Part shown: positions 18,842 to 25,188 of the stretch, in pieces | How the letters are laid out: each line of letters opens with the position of its first letter | Position numbering within the stretch: position 1 is the first letter of the stretch | Source of the DNA: Patescibacteria group bacterium | Lineage (GTDB): Bacteria > Patescibacteriota > Gracilibacteria > UBA1369 > UM-FILTER-53-11 | DNA: 56,491 nucleotides | Assembly (NCBI GenBank): GCA_038062615.1 | Contig: JBBTWV010000002.1 | Span: 1 to 56,491, forward strand | Direction: 5' to 3' | Notes under the pieces: generated by a model | The model's input: the letters and a program-made list of their open reading frames with translations, nothing else | Database searches by the model: none | What the model was told of the DNA's origin: nothing | Program-made: the position numbers and the translations under genes

Positions 18842-18874
18842 CTCAAGAAATCGCCGTGTCTCCTTTGGAAAATT

Positions 18875-20317
18875 ATGAATCCTATTTCTCTCGCCGATTT
18901 TAAAACGGCCCATGAGCCAAGAGCTTACGTTAATTCGAGCATTCGCTTTCATCATGAATTCTCGCAGCGCGAACGTCTTAAAGCCGCGCAAAAAGCCGGC
19001 TGGAATGTTTTTCAATTTCCTTCAGAAATGCTGAAAGGAGGTGATCTGCTCTCCGATTCGGGAACAACGACCATGACGGTGGAACAAGTTGCCGCGATGT
19101 TTCTTGGCGATGAAGCTTACGGAAGCAATTACGGCTATTTCCAGCTTCTTGAAACTTTTGAAGAAGTATTCGGAATTCCTTCCCAACAAACTGAAGTTTT
19201 TTTCTTCCATCAAGGCCGGGCGGCCGAACATGCTCTCTTTTCACAAATTGGAAAATTTGGCGAGCACCTCATTATTCCCAGCAACGGTCATTTTGATACC
19301 ACCCGTGCCAACATAGAAAATAATCGCATTGCGGCAAAAGATTGTTTTTCGCCACAACTTCATTCAAAGCAAACGGCACCTTTTAAAGGAAATATGGATT
19401 TGGCGGTTTTAGAGCGGATTCTGCAGGAAAATTCCCAAAATATTCCTCTTGTTTATGTCACTATCACCAACAACAGCGGCGGCGGGCAGCCGGTTTCGCT
19501 GGCCAATATAAAGGCTGTAAGAAAACTTTGCGACCACTATGCTAAGCCGTTATTTTTGGATGCCTGCCGTTTTGCCGAAAACTCTTGGTTTATTAAAGCT
19601 CGCGAAAAAGAATACGCCGGCAGAACCGTCCGAAATATTGTAAAAGAAATTTTCGCCCTCTGCGACGGATTTACCATCTCTCTCAAAAAGGACGGCTTGG
19701 CCAACATGGGAGGTGCGCTTGTCATCAAAAAAAAGAGTCCGCTTGTAGGTGAGCATCCGCGCCTTTTAAATGATATTCGGGATCATCAAATTCTCACCGA
19801 AGGTCATCCCACCTACGGCGGCCTTTCCGGCCGTGACATTATGACGCTTTGTGTGGGGCTTAAAACGGCCGTTACCGAGCAGTATCTCAAAAGCCGCATC
19901 GGTTTGGTGCATGAATTCGGACGCATGCTTAAAAAGGCAAAAGTTCCCGTACTGGAACCTTTTGGCGGACATGCCATATATTTAGATATGGACAAATTTT
20001 TTGTTAAAACCAAGCATCAGCGTGCGGATTTTGGCGGTATTGCTTTCACCGGTTTGTTGCTCCTCAAGGGCGTTCGTCTTTGCGAACTCGGCGCTTTTGC
20101 TTTTGGGGAAAATCATCCTCATAATTTTGTCCGCGCGGCGGTTCCCCGCAATAAATACGAACTGGAAGATCTTGCCTATGTTGCCGATTGCATCCAGGGG
20201 CTTTATGAAAAACGCCGCGAAATTCCGCGGGCCGTTCCGGTATATGGCCGCGACTTAACACTTCGCCATTTTAAGGCGAGGTTTAAGCTGGAGGCTTTTT
20301 CCTCATTAGTTAGCTGA
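18875..20317 (+). CDS. Beta-eliminating lyase (tryptophanase / tyrosine phenol-lyase family), PLP-dependent
   Basis: DLLSDSGTTTM, GDEAYGS, HQGRAAEH, and a PLP-lysine context SLKKDGLANMGGAL resembling TnaA. The tracked ORF start (18791) runs through repeat B1, so the ATG at 18875 (MNPISLADF) is preferred. Confidence 0.85.
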   Translation: MNPISLADFKTAHEPRAYVNSSIRFHHEFSQRERLKAAQKAGWNVFQFPSEMLKGGDLLSDSGTTTMTVEQVAAMFLGDEAYGSNYGYFQLLETFEEVFGIPSQQTEVFFFHQGRAAEHALFSQIGKFGEHLIIPSNGHFDTTRANIENNRIAAKDCFSPQLHSKQTAPFKGNMDLAVLERILQENSQNIPLVYVTITNNSGGGQPVSLANIKAVRKLCDHYAKPLFLDACRFAENSWFIKAREKEYAGRTVRNIVKEIFALCDGFTISLKKDGLANMGGALVIKKKSPLVGEHPRLLNDIRDHQILTEGHPTYGGLSGRDIMTLCVGLKTAVTEQYLKSRIGLVHEFGRMLKKAKVPVLEPFGGHAIYLDMDKFFVKTKHQRADFGGIAFTGLLLLKGVRLCELGAFAFGENHPHNFVRAAVPRNKYELEDLAYVADCIQGLYEKRREIPRAVPVYGRDLTLRHFKARFKLEAFSSLVS

Positions 20318-20414
20318 TTTCTCCCTGTTAGGCTCTTAGGGAATCTCTGAAAAACATCTTGCAAGCTGCGATTATTGTATTTTGGCCGCAAACACCTATT
20401 CGCAAAATAAAAGT

Positions 20415-20443
20415 TTGCACTAACGCTGCTAGTGCGCTATAAT
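20415..20443 (+). promoter_or_regulatory. Promoter TTGCAC-17 nt-TATAAT with inverted repeat GCACTA/TAGTGC in the spacer; ATG 6 nt after the -10
   Basis: TTGCAC at 20415-20420, TATAAT at 20438-20443, ATG at 20450. Confidence 0.55.
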
Positions 20444-20449
20444 ACGCCT

Positions 20450-20677
20450 ATGTCGAATCTTACCATCCGTATCAATGAAAATTTAAAGAAGAAGGCTGCA
20501 AAAGAAGCAGGCAAGCTTGGCATATCCCTTACGTTTGTGGTGATTAATGCCCTTAACCATTTTATTGAATCACCTAAAATTACCATTGGCGAACCGGAAG
20601 ATGTTATGGTGACCCCTGATCTTCAAAAGAGCATGGATACCATTGGCAGGCTGATATCCAAAAAGCAGCGTAAATGA
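20450..20677 (+). CDS. RelB/DinJ-type ribbon-helix-helix antitoxin
   Basis: MSNLTIRINENLKKKAAKEAGKLGISLTFVVINAL is typical of an RHH N-terminus. Its stop overlaps the next ATG (ATGA). The tracked GTG start at 20432 lies inside the promoter. Confidence 0.7.
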   Translation: MSNLTIRINENLKKKAAKEAGKLGISLTFVVINALNHFIESPKITIGEPEDVMVTPDLQKSMDTIGRLISKKQRK

Positions 20678-21054
20678 GACTCATCCTTACTGATTCAATC
20701 AAAAAGAGTGAGCTCTCGCCGCTGGAGAAGGTTTTTCCGTTGAAAGTCATTCAAATTGCTGCACGGAAAGCGCTTTTAGGGCTGGGGGAATCCATAAAAA
20801 ATCCCATGAAAGTTCCTTTTACTTGCCTCAAAAAACTTTATCTGACAGGAACAAGCGGCGCAGGGCGCGTCATCTTTTTACTGCTTACCAATGAACAGCA
20901 ATCTGTCTTGGTAATGCTCAGGCACAAAAATGACAAAAAAATCGGGGCAAACATGGCGATACAAAATCCGCGATTTAAGGGACTTTTGGAACGGAATTTA
21001 AACCTTATTGCCAAGGATCTTCAAAACGGTAAATTTGAAGCCAGCGAAATTTGA
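20674..21054 (+). CDS. Putative RelE/ParE-superfamily toxin
   Basis: 126 aa, coupled to the antitoxin. GAGRVIFLLLTNEQQSVLVMLRHKND resembles the RelE/ParE beta-strand plus hR(K) pattern. The assignment is tentative. Confidence 0.55.
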   Translation: MRLILTDSIKKSELSPLEKVFPLKVIQIAARKALLGLGESIKNPMKVPFTCLKKLYLTGTSGAGRVIFLLLTNEQQSVLVMLRHKNDKKIGANMAIQNPRFKGLLERNLNLIAKDLQNGKFEASEI

Positions 21055-21072
21055 TTATCTCGGCCTTCTTTT

Positions 21073-22731
21073 TCAGGAAGCTTTTGGCTTTCGCCTGTCA
21101 ATTTCCGCACTTGCTTCTTTCCATATCTCATCGCACGGATGCTTACCACCCCAAGGATTAAATCTTTCTGTGACTTTATCAAGTTCTTCATCGCTCATGT
21201 GTGATTCAATGATATGCTTTGACCACAAATACCAGGCCGTGTACAGGTTGGTATGCAGCAATACATTTACAAGAATTTTTCTGGCTTCTTCCTCGGAAGT
21301 TGTGCAAGCCCTTATTCTTGCCACCGTGTTATCAATGAATTTTCCGTCAGGTTCCTTGTCCCTCAACTCGGCGGTAAGGTCGCGAATTTTTTTATAATTT
21401 CTATCTCGAGCTTCCTGGCTCTTAACCTCACGGTGTGCCACAAGTGATCCTGCACGTTTTTCTAAAATGCTCTCGGCGTCCAGTCCTCTTGTCCGACATT
21501 CGGCGATGGCGGCCTGGGCAACGCGATCGCTCGTGGTATATAGGGCTATCTCTGCCAACAGCTCGTTCGTCAAAACAGGCTCATAATTTTGCAATTCATC
21601 CCAGACTGCCTCACACGTTTCTAGATCTTCACACCAAACAAAGAAAGTTTTTAGCATGTGCAGAAAGTCCGTGCCTTCATCAAAAGATTCCATGATCATG
21701 TGGAGGAGCGCACATGCGGAATAGGCATGGGTCGCGGCATGGAACTGGTCTACTAAGAATGTCCGATGTAAGCCTACATGCTCCTCGGTTGCTGTGGCAT
21801 GCCATTCTCTCGCTACTCCTCGATAATAATCAAAGGTGATTTCAGTTCTGATGCTTTGTGCACGGGCTAACATGAACCTTTGATATGGAGGAGATACGGC
21901 GGCGAGCACTTCAAGGACTTGTCTTCTCCCATGATTCACCAAGGCAGAGCTTTTATCCACAACCGCAAGAGCGCTCTCGCCAACTCCTTCCGTCATGGAT
22001 GCAATATCGGCGGTTTCATAAGTGGGCTCCGCAGGAGGTTCCATCCCTTGCTCCAAAAAACTTTCCTGGTAGGTAAGGCTATCTCTCAAATCCAAAAGAT
22101 CGCCTATCCTTGGAAATTCCTCAGTATTGCTACCAACTTTTTGTAAAATTCTTTCGGCAACGCGTCTTCGCTCATCATCATCCATTTTAAATTTATAGCG
22201 CGTTTCTATAATTCCTATCGCCGGTCTCCTACTATGGAGGTTGTTCTCAATCTGCTTGAGTAAATCAACAAATGCTTGAGTGAGCCGTTCCGCAAAATCT
22301 TTTTCTGGAGTGTAAGGTTTCATATCCATATCGGTGGATAGTGGTCTAAGCTTTTGGCGGTGCACAGCCAAGTCCACAAAGTCTTGCGGTGCATGGACCG
22401 TAAGGTTGGAAACCTGCTGCTCACTTATTAATTTCAAAACAGTTCCGATAGTTGAAATATCTTTTGTAGATATTACTTTTTCGCCTATTTTGTCCCATTC
22501 AACGGTTCGAATTTCTTCCATTTGCAAATTCAGTATTTCGCCAACAGCGTAATGTCCCACCAGCATGCTCATTTCGAGGCTATAATCAGCTATTAGGTTA
22601 TTAATTTCCAATATGGTTTTTTGATATGCAGTTAAGGTAGTTGGGTGTTCTCTTTGCTCTGTTACAAGTTTTTGTGCGGTCGTAGAGATTTCGATGAGTT
22701 TTCTCATCCCTCTTATTAAATAATTCAGCAA
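21073..22731 (-). CDS. Orphan protein, cassette copy 2 (paralog of 15956-17773), N-terminally disrupted by a frameshift
   Basis: 552-aa ORF from an internal TTG. The homologous ATG is at 22781 in another frame. One extra C in the C5 run (22755-22759) would restore MDKPSGETPQIPDKLEPLLNYL, which aligns with copy 1. Confidence 0.7.
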   Translation of the reverse strand: MLNYLIRGMRKLIEISTTAQKLVTEQREHPTTLTAYQKTILEINNLIADYSLEMSMLVGHYAVGEILNLQMEEIRTVEWDKIGEKVISTKDISTIGTVLKLISEQQVSNLTVHAPQDFVDLAVHRQKLRPLSTDMDMKPYTPEKDFAERLTQAFVDLLKQIENNLHSRRPAIGIIETRYKFKMDDDERRRVAERILQKVGSNTEEFPRIGDLLDLRDSLTYQESFLEQGMEPPAEPTYETADIASMTEGVGESALAVVDKSSALVNHGRRQVLEVLAAVSPPYQRFMLARAQSIRTEITFDYYRGVAREWHATATEEHVGLHRTFLVDQFHAATHAYSACALLHMIMESFDEGTDFLHMLKTFFVWCEDLETCEAVWDELQNYEPVLTNELLAEIALYTTSDRVAQAAIAECRTRGLDAESILEKRAGSLVAHREVKSQEARDRNYKKIRDLTAELRDKEPDGKFIDNTVARIRACTTSEEEARKILVNVLLHTNLYTAWYLWSKHIIESHMSDEELDKVTERFNPWGGKHPCDEIWKEASAEIDRRKPKAS

Positions 22732-22781
22732 TGGCTCAAGCTTGTCTGGGATTTGGGGGTTTCACCAGATGGCTTGTCCAT

Positions 22782-22935
22782 AAGGTGCATATTAAACACT
22801 AAATTAACAGATAAGTCAACAGGTTCGTAACCTGTTATGTCTGATGGTAGGTTTTAAAACTGGGTTGGCGACTCAGAATCAATTGATGTTCAAAATCGTA
22901 TGGAGTAACATAAGGGTGTAACAATCTTACTCCCT
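22782..22935. promoter_or_regulatory. Divergent promoter/operator region of cassette copy 2
   Basis: Conserved TTGACT (22819-22814), 17 nt, TTTAAT (22796-22791). Operator-like motifs at 22902-22909 and 22913-22922, and inverted at 22926-22935. Confidence 0.5.
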
Positions 22936-23268
22936 ATGAACACCCCCCGCAAAAAAGTAAAAGCCAAATACGCTATCAAACTCAAACATTTTCCTGTTTG
23001 TCCTCAATTTGGATCTGCGTTTTTTGGCTCAGGGAAAAGACCTCGGAAGAAAGTAAATTTTATGGTGAATATGGATCTTTTGGAAGCCATAACATTTTTG
23101 GTCCCTTCGGGTAGCAGGAGCGAATTTGTAAATGAAGCCGTGGAAGAAGCTCTCAGGGATTTTGCCCGAAGAAAAGCAATAGAGGCGATGGATGAATTTC
23201 GTAGGAAAAATAAATGGAAAATGACGGACGAAGAAATTCGTAAAGCTATCAATTATGGTCGCAAATAG
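22936..23268 (+). CDS. Ribbon-helix-helix (CopG/VapB-like) antitoxin, copy 2
   Basis: Paralog of 17918-18253 (KKVNFMVNMDLLEAI...GSRSEFVNEAVEEAL). Intact. Confidence 0.8.
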   Translation: MNTPRKKVKAKYAIKLKHFPVCPQFGSAFFGSGKRPRKKVNFMVNMDLLEAITFLVPSGSRSEFVNEAVEEALRDFARRKAIEAMDEFRRKNKWKMTDEEIRKAINYGRK

Positions 23269-23695
23269 GCCGCTCTTCATTGTTGATGCCTCTGTGATTT
23301 TAAAGTGGTTCCTCTTTGAGCCGGATTCCCAGGAACAGTCACTCCATCTCCGGCGAGATTATTTTGAGAGGAAGGTGGAGCTAGCTGTTCTTAACTATAC
23401 TTATGCTGAAATTTTGAATACTTTAGGGCGAATTCTCCCCCAAGAGAAAGCGCTTTCGGCCTTTTCTCAGCTGTTGATGTATCAATTGCAGTAATACCAT
23501 ACCACTATGGAATTAGCTTCGATGGGTTGCGAACTCATGAAGAATTTTTCTGGTGTCACCTTTTATGATTCTGGTTATCATGCCTTGGCTCTACAGGAAG
23601 GTGGCACATTTATAACCGCCGATGAAAAATATTTCCAAAAAACAAAGAAACAAGGCGGGGTAATGCTCTTGAAAGACTACGGCAAGAAACGCTAG
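23255..23695 (+). pseudogene. vapC: PIN-domain toxin, copy 2, interrupted by an in-frame TAA at 23492-23494
   Basis: The two ORFs 23255-23494 and 23507-23695 are in the same frame and align collinearly with copy 1. The TAA aligns with GAA (Glu) of copy 1. Confidence 0.75.
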
Positions 23696-24011
23696 GAGCT
23701 GTACGCCTTTTGCAATAATTATTTTTTATTTAATAATCCACAGGCGATAGCAAAACCTGCGCTTATTATGGCTATTCCTATGCTTGCACTTGCTGGTGCA
23801 TTTTCCCAAAGCCAAAGCGGAGCCGTTACTATATTTGCTGCAAAAAATATTGAAAGGAAAAAATAAATTTTGTGCATAAATTTAATGAAATAAAATACAA
23901 CAGTTGGTATTTTATCCTTTTTTACTATGGCGTACAACATCCGCGCCACTCGTGCCTAGAATCCAGATCTGCTAGAATACAACCATCCCAAGCTCGTTAT
24001 GCTAACAGCTC
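23696..24011. mobile_element. 316-bp insertion with 7-bp terminal inverted repeats (GAGCTGT/ACAGCTC) flanked by duplicated CTAG
   Basis: Copy 1 reads ...GAAACGCTAG|ACTGCCGCAGATG. Copy 2 reads ...GAAACGCTAG|GAGCTGT...ACAGCTC|CTAG|ACTGCCGCAGATG. Confidence 0.55.
23719..23949 (-). CDS. Small two-TM hydrophobic protein carried on the 316-bp insertion
   Basis: 76-aa ORF with two hydrophobic helices (IYFFLSIFFAANIVTAPLWLW; IGIAIISAGFAIACGLL) in a region that looks AT-rich by eye. Confidence 0.45.
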   Translation of the reverse strand: MARMLYAIVKKDKIPTVVFYFIKFMHKIYFFLSIFFAANIVTAPLWLWENAPASASIGIAIISAGFAIACGLLNKK

Positions 24012-24025
24012 CTAGACTGCCGCAG

Positions 24026-24676
24026 ATGAACAAGGCTCAAGAAATCGCCAAAATCCTACTCGACATCGGGGCTGTGAAGGTGAGCATGGATCCGCCGTTT
24101 ACGTGGACCTCTGGCATAAAATCTCCGGTATATTGTGATAACCGCAAACTTATTTCGCATCCCAAAGAGCGGCAGGCGGTGGTAAAAGCATTCGCTGATT
24201 TGGTGCGCGAAAAAAAACTGGATCCGGAATATATTGGCGGAACCGCCACGGCGGCCATTCCTTGGGCGGCATTTTTGGCTTATGAGCTCAACTTACCCAT
24301 GGTGTATATTCGTCCGGAAAAAAAGGAACACGGTGCGGGCCGGCAAGTGGAAGGGGATCTGCCGCCTGGCAAACGCGTCCTCATTGTGGAGGATCTTATT
24401 TCTACCGGTGGATCTTCGGTAAATGCGGCTAAAGCCGTACAGCAAGAATGCCAAGGCGTGGTTACGGATGTGCTTGCGATTGTTACTTACGAATTAGATG
24501 AAGCTCAGCAAAAATTCCAGGAATCCGGTTTGCATATTTCTACGCTTACGAATTTTTCAAATATTATCGGTTTGGCGCTTGAGCGCGGGAATATTACACA
24601 AGAACAATGGGGAAAAATTTTGGAATTTAGAAAAAATCCAAGAAGTTGGTTTTCAGTTTTTGGGCTGGAATCATAG
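24026..24676 (+). CDS. pyrE: Orotate phosphoribosyltransferase
   Basis: PRPP-binding motif VLIVEDLISTGGS and TSGIKSPVYCDNR. The ATG at 24026 (MNKAQEIA) is preferred over the tracked start at 23999, which lies inside the insertion. Confidence 0.9.
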   Translation: MNKAQEIAKILLDIGAVKVSMDPPFTWTSGIKSPVYCDNRKLISHPKERQAVVKAFADLVREKKLDPEYIGGTATAAIPWAAFLAYELNLPMVYIRPEKKEHGAGRQVEGDLPPGKRVLIVEDLISTGGSSVNAAKAVQQECQGVVTDVLAIVTYELDEAQQKFQESGLHISTLTNFSNIIGLALERGNITQEQWGKILEFRKNPRSWFSVFGLES

Positions 24677-24690
24677 GGACCTCTCGTATT

Positions 24691-25065
24691 TTACCCTGGA
24701 ACATTTTCACTATCAGAAAATGCTGGTGTGCCAGGCAGATCTTCTGTGTCTATATTTTGTTCTCGCCGGAGATGGGGAACTGTTGTAGGCAGGTTTGGAG
24801 GCAGCGTTGGTGATGGCGATGGTTGCGGTCCAAAACCGGATGATGGTGTCTGCGGCGGCTTAAAATGGTCCCATGCGTGTGCGGCACCCAGTGCGGTTCC
24901 AGCACTAAATAATATAAGAGCCAGGGTATTTCTTCGGACCCAATTCCCAATATCACGAAGAGGTGTTGCACGCTTAACACGCTGCAATATGGGTGATTTT
25001 CGGTGTAACACGCCGTATGGTAACGCGTGGCGCTCCACCTCAAGGGCTGAGTTCCTTCCCTCCAT
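24691..25065 (-). CDS. Hypothetical single-TM, proline-rich protein
   Basis: 124-aa ORF with the TM helix LALILFSAGTALGAAHAW and a P/S/T-rich tail. Competing ORFs overlap it on both strands, so this is uncertain. Confidence 0.4.
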   Translation of the reverse strand: MEGRNSALEVERHALPYGVLHRKSPILQRVKRATPLRDIGNWVRRNTLALILFSAGTALGAAHAWDHFKPPQTPSSGFGPQPSPSPTLPPNLPTTVPHLRREQNIDTEDLPGTPAFSDSENVPG

Positions 25066-25188
25066 AAATAGATAGGATATAAGTCTTCATCATCCGTGAT
25101 TTTTCCGGTTTCTGTCAAGAAAATGAACAAATTATGGCATTCTCTCGGTTCGGATTATTTGACGTGATAAATAATATATTGTAGATAT

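Noticed and set aside
18691-18903. 70-aa ORF downstream of the copy-1 PIN gene
   Set aside because: It is the translation of a duplicated pyrE start (MGK...AQEIA) interrupted by the family B repeat. It is a remnant rather than a gene.
23492-23494. TAA in the copy-2 PIN gene as a reassigned sense codon or programmed readthrough
   Set aside because: TAA terminates many conserved genes here at their expected ends (rplX, rpsM, rplP, rplW, tuf). A nonsense mutation is the simpler explanation.
15956-23695. The two cassette copies as arms of a composite transposon, with the large proteins as transposases
   Set aside because: I see no DDE, HUH or serine/tyrosine recombinase motifs in the large proteins and no inverted repeats at the cassette boundaries. 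The copies are direct and diverged. The idea is unsupported but cannot be formally excluded without searches.
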